Source of the DNA: Eledone cirrhosa
Taxonomy: Eukaryota
NCBI GenBank assembly: GCA_964016885.1
Contig: OZ024746.1
Coordinates: forward strand, 85,498,001-85,562,000
Length of the DNA stretch: 64,000 bases
Direction: 5' to 3'
This document shows, in pieces, positions 39,001-53,226 of this stretch. Position 1 is the stretch's first letter. Each line of letters starts with the position of its first letter. Position numbers and translations under genes: made by a program. Below the pieces are notes generated by a model, which saw only the letters and a program-made list of their open reading frames with translations, had not been told where the DNA came from and did not search any database.

Positions 39001-39904
39001 GTGTACTTCAAGGACTATTGTTTCTGGCAGATTGAACAACTACTAGATAAGCATACTCTTGTTTGGGATGATGTTGAGTGTTCTGTTCTGACAACTTTGA
39101 AGTGTGTTGAAGTTAGTGAGTGTATTTGTTTAGGAGACATGAATCCTAGTAGCAGATTATTTCAAGTGATAAACTCGTGAGTTAGTTGTTGTTGTTGTTG
39201 TTTAGCCTTAGGTCAGTCATGACTGAGCAGACCTGTAATTGTAGATGTTCAAGCTGTAAATCAGAGGTCATGACATTGACCACATCTTGTTGCAGTGTGG
39301 TGGGTGATGGGGGTCATGTTCAGTGTGCAGCTGAGGAGGATCAAGTGATGATCATGTTATCTTTTTCAAGTACAGTGTATCCAGAATCACATTATCTCAT
39401 ATATTCCTTCCCTTTAAAGATAGTAGAGTGTTATTTGAGGTAGATTTGGTTGCAATTTCTAGCATGTTGAATAATTGTATAAAGGCTCCTTCATTGGCTC
39501 ATTGATGTTATTTAGCTCTTGATCAGACTTGATGAAGCAAACATATGATTAAAGACTTCAGAGGGCTTGCAGTACCTATGGGCACAACTTCTTCCTCCAG
39601 ACCAAACCCCTAAACAAATTATTTTTTAATATATTCAAGCAGTGTGTAATTAGAACATTATCCAATGTGTCTTTCCTCCTTAAGAATAGTGTATTATTTG
39701 AGAGAGATTTATAGAGGCTCCTTAACTTGCTCAGGGAAGTGATGTCCTCCTTTGATTAACCCTATCTCATATAATGTAACTGTTGTTTGATTCTATTGAA
39801 AACATTCAGCAAGGGATTCTAGAACTATTAACTGTTATGTTTGTAGTTCACTTCAAAAAGCAGCGAACTAGTAGAGTTGTTACAGCACGGGACAAAATGT
39901 CTTG

Positions 39905-41060
39905 CGGTGAATTGGCAGTATCGGTAGAGGGTCGGATTATGCTTTCCAGCATAGTTACGTCCCTTTACGATCTGAGTTCAATTCCCGCTGAGGTTAACTT
40001 TATCTTTCATCCTTACGGGGTTGATAAAATAAAGTACCAGTAATGTACTGGGATAATTGCTGGCCTTGTACCAAAAAGTAGAAACAATTATTTATTGGCA
40101 GTATCGGTAGAGAGTTGGACGCCATGCTTTGTAGCATAGAGTTACGGCCCTTTATGATCTGAGTTCAAATCCCGCCAAGGTTAACTTTGCCTTTCATCCT
40201 TATGGGTTCAATGAAATAAAGTACCAGTAACGCAGCACTGGGGTTGATTTAGTTAACTTTCCCTTCCCCCAAAATTGCTGGCCTTGTGCCTATATAAGAA
40301 ACCATTATTTATTTGGATTGGCAAGGGCGGGGAATTGGCAGTATCGGTTGAGGGTCGGACTCCATGCTTTGCGACACAGAGTTACGGCCCTTTACGGTCT
40401 GAGTTTAAAACCCGTCGAGGTTAACTTTGCTTTTCATCCTTACGGGTTCGATGAAATAAAGTACCAGTAATGCACTGGGATAATTGCTGGCCTTATGCCA
40501 AAGGTAGAAACAACTATTTATTTCATTTCTCTATGGCATATAGTTAAACCCTTTACATTCTGTGTTCAAATCCTGCTGGGGTTAGCTTTGCCTTTCATCT
40601 TTAAGGGGTTGATAAAATAGAATACTAGTAACGTACTGTGTCGATTTTTTTTTTTTTTTTTTTTTTTTTTTGATTTTTTTATTTTTTTTTAATTTTTTTT
40701 TTGATTTCCCCCCCCCCCCCCCCCTTCCCAAACATTGTTGGCCTTGTGCCTAAATCAGAAACCATTATATATTCCATCTTGCAGTGAATTGGCTAAGTCC
40801 TTAGAGTATTAGATAACTGTTTAACAATCGTTGTTCTGAGGATAACTTTGTTTTTCATCCTTCCAGGAATGTCAGTAAAATAAAGTGTTAGTTAAATTCT
40901 GGATCGGTATAATTGACTTTGCTTGCCTCCAAATTGTGTCAATGTTATATTAGAAAGAATTATTTGTTCCATCTCTCAGTGCTCTGATTTCAAATCCTGC
41001 TGAGGTAAGCTTTGCCGTTCATCTTTTCCAGGCCTATAAAAGAATAAAGTGCCAATTCAC
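39905..41060 (+). mobile_element. Head-to-tail cluster of about six Nin-domain SINEs
   Basis: Successive copies start near 39905, 40096, 40325, 40550, 40780 and 40980, all on the + strand. Confidence 0.8.
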
Positions 41061-41668
41061 GAGTCCAGTGTGATGGATTGACAGTTGTTTGAAATGCTTT
41101 GCAGTATTTATGTTAACATTCCAAGTTATTGAGTAGTAGACTTAGTCTGTCACCTGGTTTAATTCTATCAGCTAACTGGTCTTTTAATGCCTTTAGCAGA
41201 GTTCCCTTTGTTGCAAGCATTTGAGTTATGTCTCCAGTTTGAGGATAACCTCCTCCTTTTGTTTCAAAAGTCTTTGAGGGCCTGAACAAATAATAGGTCA
41301 ATGGGGCTGCCCTTACCTTCATGTCTAAATGATAAAGAGAAAGCCATACCCCCCCCCCCCCCCCCAAAAAAAAACAATAAAAAGCTCACATTGGGGATGA
41401 GTCAATGTGCAAGCTTTTGTGATTGTTTGATGTGCTAGAAATATCAGCCAAATCTCCCTCAGATTACATGCTACCGCTAAAAAAATAAGGTACAATGGCA
41501 CATTAAATAAGGTGGTTTCTAGATGCACATTGCCTGGAAAAAAACAAAACGGTTCATTGATGTTTGAATGCCTTTGATCGTAGGTCTGCATTCTGTTGAC
41601 CTTGGAGAAACATCAACAACAAATATGTTTGATGTTGAGTACATTAGACTTGTGTTGAGGTATTGGTA

Positions 41669-41723
<55 letters not shown>

Positions 41724-44700
41724 AAATCAATATTGCTTTGCTATATAGTTAGTGTTTAACATAACGGATAAGGAAAACATGATTCATATTTAAATATGCA
41801 CGCATATACATGTGTGCATGCACACATACGTACGCACACCATATGTTGCCTATGTTTGTGATGTTTTCAAATAGAATATATATTTAAATGCAACTTTATG
41901 ATTCACCTTGTCCATGCATGTGTGTGTATGGAATAATTGTATGAAGTATAACAGCTATAGCAGAAGCAGCAAAAAGAGAAAAAAAAAGCAAGAACAGCAA
42001 TAGCAACAACACAACAACATCAGCAGCACCAATAATAATAACAACAACAACAAAATGAAAAAAAAATTCACAGTACGACATCAATATTTTACAGATCTCA
42101 GATTTCAAATGTGATATTTGGCAATGGCTGTGAAGCTTCTAAAAGCCATCCTGATTTCACAGGCAGATAGACATGCAGATGCGCACACATGCAGAAAGAG
42201 GGTAATTTGAAATGCAACAGCAGGGGTGTGCATGGTTGTTCCTGTCAGCATGTTACATAAGGCAGGCTGCTATTCATGCACCTATATGAGGAGCAGTTAA
42301 AGTTTGAATGATAATCTGTTTGTTTGAATGCTGTGAAGGGGTTGGGGAGGCGAGTGATTGGGAACATTTTCAGTTATAGAAAATAGTACTGTTTTATTTT
42401 CAGTGCAAGACACTTATTGTGATCACTTTCAGACTAAGTCTTTCCTGAAAACAATAATCAGCTGATGACTTTAAGCAAATAGAAAGTTTTGGATCCACTA
42501 CTATTGATAATAACAACCAAATGACAACATTAAGCAAATAATGAGTTTAGGACTCATTACTTTTCATAATGATAACTGGCTGACATTAAACTAATGAATT
42601 TTGGACCTATTACTTTTGGTAATAATAACCAGCTGATAACATTAAGCAAATAAACACCACGAGCCAATAAGAGGTTGTTGTGCCCTTGACACAACTGAAG
42701 AATCCTCTTAACCTTTTTTAGCATGGTTGTTACAAACTGATACTCTTCCTGTCACCAACTGCCTCACAGAGTGTACTGCTCAAAGTGGTGGAAATAACAA
42801 TCTAATCTCTATCAAACCACACTCTACCATTTAAAAAGAAATAAAAAAGGAAAACATATTGGATTTATATAGTGCTGGGTTTTTGAAAAAAGACTTGATG
42901 ATCCTGGTTGGAAAGCCTATTGTCATACATCAACTAAATAACAACACCAGCAACAACAAATAAATATGATAACATGCTAGGATTGACGTTACATTGGATA
43001 AACATTCTCACAGGTTTCTGAAAAAAAGATGGGATAGTCCTGGTTGGAAGTACTTTTGTCGAAGATATACTTGATCAGAACTGATGACGGATTTAGATGA
43101 TGAGCATTCAGTTATTCGATCAACTTGATGTCTGGCTTGTGAATTAACATGTAAATGGATGGATATTCTTCAGATATGTCTACCCTTGTTATTCCCAAGC
43201 CAAGTGTTGATACTCGCTTCATGAAACCTATTTTCCCCTCCCACGACAATGAGTTATAAAATGATTCATGGCAACCAGAAGTTTATGGAATTGCTGCACC
43301 AGCCGCCATCTCATAATGTCACTAAATACTTTCATAATGCCTCCCTTTGCGTCATCAAATCAGTGTGACACAAAGTACGACAAAGCTGGACCTTTGAATT
43401 ATAAGTACAATATATCTGATAGGCTTTTCATTGTTTCCATCTATATAGTTTCAGTCTGAAGGCTTGAGTCAACCTGAGACTATGGAAAAGACACTTATGT
43501 AAGATACCATGCAGTGAGATCAAGCCTGGGACCTCATGATTGTGAAGCAATTACTCAGCCAAGCCTGCTAAACATCAACAACAACAACAAATCACTACCA
43601 TATGAAGGAATTGATATGTTTGATAAATATTCCTTTCCTGTGAATTAGTGACCTTCATCCAAAGTTGAGAAACCAACATTTTGGTCAGATGACTGGAGTT
43701 CCATTATAAATGCAGAAAATCTATCAATTTTGGGGTTTTTTGTTTTAGAGATAAGCATAGCTCTTTGGTTAAAAAGTTCTCTCCACAACTACATTGTTTC
43801 AGTTTATACCAATGTGGTACCTTGGTCATATGTTTTTGACTATAGCCTTAGGTTGACCAATGCCTTATGAGTGAAATTTAGTTGATGGAAATTGCAGAAG
43901 TTCATCATATGTATGAGTGTGTGTGTGTCTTAGCAGTTTGGCACAAAGAGATTGATAAAATAAGTATCACTAAATTTGAAAAATATGTACTGGAGTCAAT
44001 ATGATTGATCAAATCCCTTTAAGGTGGTGCCCCAGAATGGTCGCAGTCTAATGACTGAAACAAGTAACAATAAAAGACTATAAAAATGTTCATTCTTAGA
44101 CTGTTAGTCTCCTGTTTAGAGTTTTTAATTCTTGGTGCAGTTATAACTAAATAGTTTCAACTTTATAGTAATTTATGATCACATCTGAAAATTCTTTCTT
44201 GTAGTTATTAGAAGTGTGTGCAATACCCCCCCCCCCTCCTTTCAGCACACTAAATACATTTTTATTTTAATATTTTGGATTTTTGAATTAACCTTTGCTG
44301 CCACCTATATTAATAAAACCCTTTATAAGCAAATGAAGAGGCCTCTACATAGTTGATTGACTTGTTAGAAATACCAGCCAAATCTCCCTCAAATCACATA
44401 CCCTCACTGGATAAAGTAATCGTAGATACACAATACCTAAATCAACAAGAAGAAAAAAAAGTGGGACGAGTATGGCTGGAATGTTTTTGGTAATAGATCT
44501 GTGCAATAAGAATTGGCCTGGGCTAAACAATAACAGGGGAGATCATATTGGATAATGTAGTCATACAAACATACTTGAAAAGCATAATGTATCTAGAGCT
44601 AGAGACCTCTCAGATCATCTGGGGGCCTGCATCTCACTTTCATATGTTCCTGCATGCATTTTATCATGGCACCAGCACTAGTGAGGTTGTCATGCCTTTG

Positions 44701-47700
44701 GCAGAGCTGAAAAATCCTCATGACTCTTTGTTTGGCAGGTTTTGTATGGCCGGATACCTTTTGTATCACTTTAGGAGCAGTTGTGTAAATCACCAATATT
44801 AGGAAAGTTGATGTGCCCTTGACACAACTGAAGAGTCATCTTGACTTTTTTTTAGCATGGTTGTTACAACCTGATACTCTTTCTGTCACCAACTGCCTCA
44901 GAGTTTACTGGGTGAATCTTTCATGGCAATAGCACCAACCCTACAGACTGTATGCTACATCATTTGGTGGGGATAGAAAGGGAGCAGTACTGTAACAGCT
45001 ACAACTACCAGATGTGGCCCACATTATAAACATCTACTCTTTATTTTGGGCAAAACATGGCCCATCACATACATATGTATCCCTGTGAAATACAACAACT
45101 TATTGATTATTACATGTCTGGTTCTTTTACTTAGAGCAATAGAACAACAGCTGTTGCTGCTGCTGCTGTCACTACTACTAGTAATAGTAGTAGTACTAAT
45201 AATAATAATGGTGATAACAAATATAATCCAGAGCAAATGTCATATATATGTGTCATGGCGTGTGTAACAATAAATTCTTTAGAGCAAACTTATTTATTGC
45301 AGATACATCATCATTTTACATAGGCTTTCCATGCAGGCATGGATTGGATGAGTTGCTATAGTCTGGAGCTAGACAAACAAAGAGTCATTATCTTGCTCAT
45401 ACATTTTGTATTAAGCATATAATGTCTACACCCTTACAGGGTGTACTGTGTGAATTTTATTGTGGCACTAGTACTATTATTTTATTAATATTTTTCTGGA
45501 CTTCTAAGACTAATGAGAATAAAGAAGAGAAGGAAGTTATCCTCATGCCAGTGGCCTGCCTTGTTTGAATGTTTGCAACAGAAAGGACTAAGTAGTGGTG
45601 TTAAATTAGTACCAGTAGTGTGCCCTCTATACCAGGAGTCGAGTGGGGAAAACTCATCAAAGGGCAATTCAAATTTGAAATCACCCACTGAAATAGTCTC
45701 TGAAAACCTACATGTAAAAATATCTATTTAAGCCTTAAAACCAAAACAGTCATATATATATAAATAAGTTTGTAAACATAAATTTATTATTTTCTTCAGT
45801 ACACATGCACTGTTACATGTTCCTTTGCACTTGTAATTCACTCCTGCTGTGCATAGTCAGCTAATCTATGGGAAATAGTGGCTAAATTCTTTTAAATATA
45901 CCCTACCATAATATAAAGACATTGACCAATGTAGCCCCTGATATACTACAATAATCACAGGATGGTTTACACAACAATTTATGGGGTTAAACAACAATAA
46001 CAAGCTGTTATGAACTGCACAATTGATTGGTTAGCCGGATGTCTAGAGCTTGTGTTTTACAACCAGGCATTTTATCTTTAAAAGCAACCAGACATTTTAG
46101 TTAGTGGCAATTGATAATGATGGTGGAGGTGGAATGTTGTTGAATTTTGAGTAATCAAACCACAGACTTGCCCTAGTACTCTGTCTGCTAGGTTGGGTTT
46201 TTCCTCCTGTTGTTGTTGCTATATCCTCTTTGGAAATAGGTACTTGATAAATTTTGTGTATATTGTTCAGCCACTAGGTTTTGTTCATTGTTGCTAGATC
46301 CAAAGTTGAAATTCTTCCAAGTGTAGTTGGCGAATGCTCTTATCCATTGTCTTGCAAAAACGTCAGTATTCATGTAGCTTAATTAGGGGTCAAGTTCCCT
46401 TGATAGTCTATTCCTCACTTAGCGCTAGAATTGTATTAACTTCATCACTACAGGGAAGTCTTTGCATGCTTGCTTGACTTGATAGAAATAGCAGCCAAAT
46501 TACCCTTGATCTATGAATTAGAATATCAAGTTAAATGCCTTGCAGTAGTTCTGATGTTTTATGTTCTGAGTTAAAATTCTGCTAGGTCAGATTTACTTTT
46601 TATTTATTCAGGATTGATAAATATAGTACCAGCCTTCTCGGGGCAGTGGACTGGCAGAATTATCAGGACATCAGATGGGATGCTTTGTGGTATCTGATTC
46701 ATCACTTTACATTCTGAGTTCGAATCTCAACATGGCTGGCCCATTTTGGAGTTGGACTTAATCTGTTGCCTGGTTTAACACTACCATTAGGTCCTTGGGT
46801 GTTTTAGCAAATCCCACTCTGTTATATTTAGACCAGGTCTCTCCCACTAGTCTTAGAGGCCTGGAAAAGGGCTATGAGCACTGCCTTTCTCTTCTAAGTG
46901 TGACTATCTGTCTTCAAGCTATAACAACAGGAGGTTTATCTGCCATTATGAGAGACCCTTTTTCATGGTCGCTTGATTTACTAAAATAATAGCCAAATTA
47001 CTCTTAATTACATTCCTAAAAAAAGAAAGGGGCACATTGGTTAATATAGTCCTGACTGAACACACTGATAATAAAATATATAAAAAGTGACAGTCATGGC
47101 TTGAATTCATTTGCTCATGTCTTTGTTCCATCAGGGTTTACCTGGGGCTAAACAATAACAACAGCACTTATCAATTTTATGGTGCATCTATAACAGCTGA
47201 CAGCTATGAATTACTACTGTTTACAAGGTTGAGATGCTCTGAGTCTGTGGTATCTACCTACTTAGAACCAAGGTTTGAAGTGTTTGTTGACACAAATGTG
47301 TGCGGTGAGAGAGCGTGTGTGTGTGTATGTGTGTAGTGAGAGAATGAGTGTCTGGTTAGAAAGAGTGTATGTGGGTATATGTGGAGAGAAAGAGAGAAAG
47401 TATGTGTGTGTGGTAAAAGAGTAGGGGTATGTAGTGTGTGTATACATGCATGTATGTGGTGTGTAGTGATGTGAGAAAATGTGTTTGTTTGTTTTTTCAA
47501 ATAAAACTTATATGAAAGAAACAGAACTAATCATGTAATTCAGTTTTTAATGAATTAATTAGTTTCACTACTTGATGTATTGAGTACCTTATTTTAATTG
47601 TAGTCCCTTTCCACTTTTAACAAAATACCTTCCAATCATATATATTATCATTATCATCATTTTTATGTCTACTTTCCATATTGGCATGGGTTCTCATAGT

Positions 47701-47989
47701 TCGAGACCAGACAGGTTGGAGTGACCTATCTAGTTCATTACATTTCATATTTAGCATGGTTTCTATGGCAGAATGCCCTTCCTAACACCAACTGCCTTAT
47801 GACACCTTTTCATGACCCCAGCACTACCACTTTACAGGGCATACTGGGTGCATTTTATTGTGGCATCAACATTAGAAAGGTTGTGATATGCTAGGCCAAA
47901 CGGAAGAGTCCTCTCAAACCCTACATTATTCCCATTCAATTGCCAAACACTTTAGCCTCTGATCCCTCACTAAATTTACTTTTAGTGCT

Positions 47990-48365
47990 GCAGTGTTAGT
48001 ATTGGTGGATGGGCCTTTTGTATTATGGCATATCTCCAGTCCATTGTCATGTGAGGTTCAGTTTCCTGTCGTCATTCTTCACAAGTTTGTCCCACATCTT
48101 CCTTGGTCTCCCTCTTCTACAGGTTCCACCCACCTCAACTGCTCAGCACTTTTTCATACAACTCTCTCTTTCCTTACATAATCATCTCTCTTACACAATA
48201 CATTTAGTTCCTCTTATACTCAACTTTTCTCTCAGTTCACTTGTGTTCTGTCATTCACACATACTAGCATTTCACCTGCAACAAGACATGCATGCCTTAT
48301 GTTTTTTTAGCATTTGTAAATCTTCTTCATTCAGGGCACACCTCACTCAGCCATGCAGCATTGCT
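47990..48365 (-). mobile_element. RTE LINE 3' fragment
   Basis: Reverse complement resembles 8700-9060. Confidence 0.65.
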
Positions 48366-49174
48366 AAAACAGGGGTAAACTTTGCGGGTGTCATGACAAG
48401 CTTCATATCCATCAAGAGATCCTTTTGGAGGCAGTGATTTACAACTAGATGTCCTATCTGGAGCCACCCCTTTTAGATGCTTCTTATGACACACGAAGAT
48501 CAGGTGTAGCCATTCTAAACTGGATATACACATACTACATCAGATACACACATATATATTATGTAATTATACAAACCTGCTTAATGTTTATTCGATATAT
48601 ATATATGTATGTTTTTATATGTATATACGTTAGTGTATATATATGTATATATATATATATATATGTATGTTTTTATATGTATATATGTTTCTGTGTATAT
48701 ATATATATATAAATGTATATATGTATGTTTTTATATGTATATAAGTTTGTATATATGTTTGTTTTTCTATGTGTGTGTGTATATGTCTTGTGTGATTTTC
48801 TTGATTCAGTATATTAATTTATATTTCTGTCAATCTAGTGTATAAAGCACTTCAGCTAGATTCTGATTTAAGGATACATTTTCTGATGCATTTTGAAAAA
48901 TAATTACATTCGATAGCTATGAGTACATCTACTTCTGTACCTCTTGATATACTCTAGTAGTAAATCTACAAGTATGTGGGGGAGATTTGAAATTGTGATG
49001 GTTTTAACTAAACATTGACACTGCACATCTTTTGATTATGTTCACACAAGTGTATTTATGCTTTGAGTAATTTCATCATTCTATCAGTTCTTTTAGCTCT
49101 GGTTAATTCTCTGTATAATCAACTATTTTTCAGAAAGCGGCTAAATGTATGTGGTGTGTGTGTGCTTATGTATA

Positions 49175-50130
49175 TATAATGCAGATGATCTAACTGAATC
49201 TGTGGCAAAATTAGAGAAGAAACTCCAAATCTGGAAGCATGGCTTAGAATCAAAGGGTCTTAAAGTCAACCTGACAAAGACTAAGATCCTAGTAAGTAGA
49301 AGGGAAAACAGGGCCCTGAGCCACTCAGGAAAATGACCTTGCTCAGTGTGCAGGAAAGGCATAGTTAGAAATTCCCTTCTCTGTCTCAAATGCAAACTAT
49401 GGGTACACAAGAAATGATGTGGGTTCTCAGGTAGGTTAGTTAAGAATGTAGGTTTTAGATGTTTCCATTACACAGGAGCATTAAGAAGCAAACACTCACA
49501 GGAAACAAGTGCTATCAAATTCTTGGAGGGTTCTGTAGAAGCAGTAGACAGTTTCTGATATCTGGGTGACCAAATCAGCAGTGAAGGTGGGTGTTCCGAA
49601 AGTACAATAGCCAGAGTGAGAACAGGATGAAGAAAGTTCAGGTAGCTACTACTGCTGCTAGCTACTAAAGGTTTTTCCCTCAAAATGAAGGGCAGATTGT
49701 ATGATGTGTGTATATGAACAGTAATGTTGCATGGTAGCAAAGCCTGGGGGCTGTATGCAGAGGACCTTCGAAGATTGGAAAGAAATGAAGCTAGCATGCT
49801 TCAATGGATGTGTAATAGCAATATAAATGAACAGCAAAGCATAAATGAACTGAGAAGAAAAACTGGGCATAAGAGGAATCAGATGCAGTGTGCTGCAGAG
49901 GAGATTGCATTGATATAAACATGTGATGCATATGAAGGATGACAGTTGTATAAAAAGGTGCAGAGTGCTCAAAGTTGATGGAAGCTATGGAGTAGGAAGA
50001 CCTAGGAAAACTTAGGGTGAGGAGATAAAAGCTGACCTTGCACTTTTGCACCTCTTAACAGCAATGACAGGACCGAGATCTTTGGCAATATGCAGTAATA
50101 CAGAAGACCTACCGTCCCTTGTGCATGGAT
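49175..50130 (+). mobile_element. RTE LINE RT-to-3' end, decayed
   Basis: YNADDL..LEKKLQIWKHGLESKGLKVNLTKTKIL and MLHGSKAW..LRRLERNEASMLQWMC. Confidence 0.88.
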
Positions 50131-50504
50131 TGAAGCACATTTCTAGTATGCACCTTCACCTCCCACCTCCTAACACCCTACCCCTTAACCATATTCCTAG
50201 ATCTACCACAACCCCCACCCAAGTCCCCAGTAAACACTGTAAAGTGGTTATGTAGGTGCCACGACAAAAAGCACCCAATTCACATTGTAAATCTTGTTGG
50301 TGTTAGGAAGGGCATCCAGCCATAGAAACCAAGCCAGAACCAGTTTTGTATGAGCAAGACACTGTCATCTGATCTGACTTGTCACACAATGGGACAACTC
50401 CTCTAATCCATGCTAGCATGGAAAAATGGGTGATGATGAACATCATCATTTAACATCCAGTTTTCCATGCTAGTACTACTGACTTCTGATCTCATATGTT
50501 CTAT

Positions 50505-50539
<35 letters not shown>

Positions 50540-50724
50540 TAGAATGTCTATGTGCAAGCCTTCATGGCTAATAAAGAAACCATTATTATTATTATTGTTT
50601 GGTTAAGAACTCTTGTTGTTGTTTTTACCAGACAGTGACATAGTATTCTCTGCTGCATTATTTTGGTTGCAATTAAAAGACTGCACTGACAGTGTCCGTA
50701 TGTATGTATGTATGTATTGTATTG

Positions 50725-50760
<36 letters not shown>

Positions 50761-50842
50761 ACTGGTAATCGGGTAGTACAACATACTACCCTTTCGTATT
50801 TATAATTGTATATAGTTCATATATATAGGTATAAATACTATT

Positions 50843-50910
<68 letters not shown>

Positions 50911-50913
<3 letters not shown>

Positions 50914-51223
50914 TTAGTAGTTAGAGCATTGGCCTTGCAATCGAAAGGTTGTGAGTTCAATTCTCAGACCGGGTGATGTGTTGTTTCCTTGAGCAAGACA
51001 CTTTATTTCACATTGCTCCAGTTTACTCAGCTGTAGAAATGAGATGATAGGGACTGGGGTCTATATCATTACAGTGAGTGCTGGGTGCAAAAAAGCACCC
51101 AGCACTCACTGTAAATAAGGTTGGAAGGGCATCCAACTGTAGAAATCGAGCCAGAATCAGTTCCCATCCCACCCTTGCAAGCAGGGAAAAGCGGACGTAA
51201 AATGATGATGATGATGATGATGA
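50911..51223 (+). mobile_element. tRNA-CORE SINE with RTE tail
   Basis: Same family as 12305-12640; ends (TGA)n. Confidence 0.85.
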
Positions 51224-51544
51224 ATACAGTATTGCATTTGTTCAAAACAACAGGTGAAACTATTGAGAAATTTCTTACCTGGAGACTTTGCACTTTGTAC
51301 TTAATATTAAAATATCACTTAACACAAATTTGAGAATGAAAACAATAATGATCCTGTTGACAAGAAATAAACCGTAAAACCCTCTTGCATATCGAGTGTT
51401 CTAGCTATTGAATCACAGGGAAGAGCTCACCTCCTTTATACACACAAACATATTTGCATGCAAGCACACACACACAGACAGCTACAAATCGCCACTATAT
51501 CAGAAACCTTCAAAATCTGTAAAACATTCTTACGATCCAAAGGA

Positions 51545-51772
51545 TAAATAATTGCATACATACATAAATACATACATAAATAATTGCATACAAATACATA
51601 CATACATAAATAATTGCATACAAATACATACATACATACATACATACATAAATAATTGCATACAAATACATACATACATACATACATACATACATACATA
51701 CATACATACATACATACATACATACATAAATAATTGCATACAAATACATACATACATACATACATATATATA
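51545..51772. repeat. (CATA)n array punctuated by aaataattgcatacaaa
   Basis: Directly visible higher-order tandem repeat. Confidence 0.9.
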
Positions 51773-51882
51773 TAAAATAAGTAAGTCAAACATGTAAAAT
51801 TTGGCTTCGTTTATTATAAATTCTCTGCACAGAATTTATAATAAACGAAGCCAAATTTTACATGTTTAACTTACTTATTTTA
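51773..51882. repeat. Hairpin with 52-bp arms and a 6-nt loop
   Basis: taaaataagtaagtcaaacatg...ttct CTGCAC agaa...catgtttaacttacttatttta, one mismatch. Confidence 0.92.
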
Positions 51883-52358
51883 CATTACTCCGGAGTAAAC
51901 AAACCAACCTGCGTACTTCGTCGAGTGCGCCAATCTGCATACTGAGGTGTCGGTAAACAACCAACATATACTCAAAAAATATATATATATATATGCATAC
52001 ACATACATACATACAAATCAGCTCAAGGACACAAGAGCCTCTCTAGTACATAGTGTAAAGTGGTTGATGATAGGAAAGACATCCAGCTGTAGAAATCTTA
52101 CCAAATAAAGGTTTGGGAAGACCCTCAGTTGTGTCATGACAACCTCTCCTGTGCACTTAATGGAATGTGAGACCATACATATGTGCAACACAGATCCCTG
52201 GCCTGTCCAAGAGATCAGTGGCTCTGCTTCAGTACTGACTTGGCCTATGTAGACCCATCCAACTCTTGCTAGCAGAGAAAGCAGATGTTAAAACAAAGAT
52301 GATGATGACATATATACATATACATTTATATATATACATATATATATATATATAAATA

Positions 52359-52537
52359 TATATTTGAAAAAAGGAAAAGAATGACTTCACTTGTAATTCT
52401 AAACAATTTAATTTTATAATATTATAATTTTACAATTTTGTTTTGTAGATCTACAAAACAAAATTGTAAAATTATAATATAAAATTAAATTGTTTAGAAC
52501 TACAAATGAAGTCATTCTTTTCCTTTTTTCAAATATA
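52359..52537. repeat. Palindrome with ~88-bp arms, centred on AGATCT (52449/52450)
   Basis: Arms are reverse complements with about two substitutions and a 3-bp indel. Confidence 0.92.
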
Positions 52538-52569
52538 CCTAACTGTACCAATATAAATAAATATATATA

Positions 52570-53226
52570 TTGAAAGTAGGAGGTTTGCCAATGTTCTGCA
52601 ACAGGAAGATCAGAGACGTGCGGTGTTCCGCATTGCAAGGCAGTGTGTCAGTGCAAATCAGGATGTTGTTGGAGATAAGTGTGTCCAGAATGATGCCGGT
52701 GTACTTAGTGTCGCGAATGATAAAAAAAAGGAGGCATGGAAATGTCATTATGAGAGACTGATGAATGTGGAGAATGAATGGGAGAGAGAGAAATTACCAC
52801 CAGTAGACCCGACAGAGGGACCAGCTATTGAGATTGACGAATATAGGGTACAAGAGGCAATTAAGGAAATGAAGAATGGTAAGGCTGCTGGACCGTCGGG
52901 GATAGTTGCTGAGATGCTGAAGGCATCAGGAGAAGTTGGCACTAAACTGGTTGCACGCATCATCAATCAAGCTATTTATGGTGGTGTCATACCTAAAGAC
53001 TGGTGCAGCAGTATTCTCATAAATTGCTACAAAGGTAAAGGGGATGCTCTAGATAGGTGCAATTATAGGGGCATAAAGCTGATGGATCAGCTTATGAAAG
53101 TGGCAGAGAGAATATTAGCGCAACTGATTAGAGAAAGGGTCATATTAGATGAGATGCAGTTTGGTCTTGTGCCTCAGAAAAGTACAACAGATCCCCTCTT
53201 CTTAGTGAAGCAACTACAAGAGAAGT
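52570..53226 (+). mobile_element. RTE LINE, linker and RT N-terminal region, relatively intact
   Basis: WKCHYERLMN..AIKEMKNGKAAGPSGIVAEMLK..PKDW..YKGKGDALDRCNYRGIKLM..QFGLVPQKSTTD. Confidence 0.92.

Noticed and set aside
50410-50475. Inverted repeat tgctagcatggaaaa..ttttccatgctagta
   Set aside because: Two RTE-type tails inserted tail to tail, not a distinct structural element.
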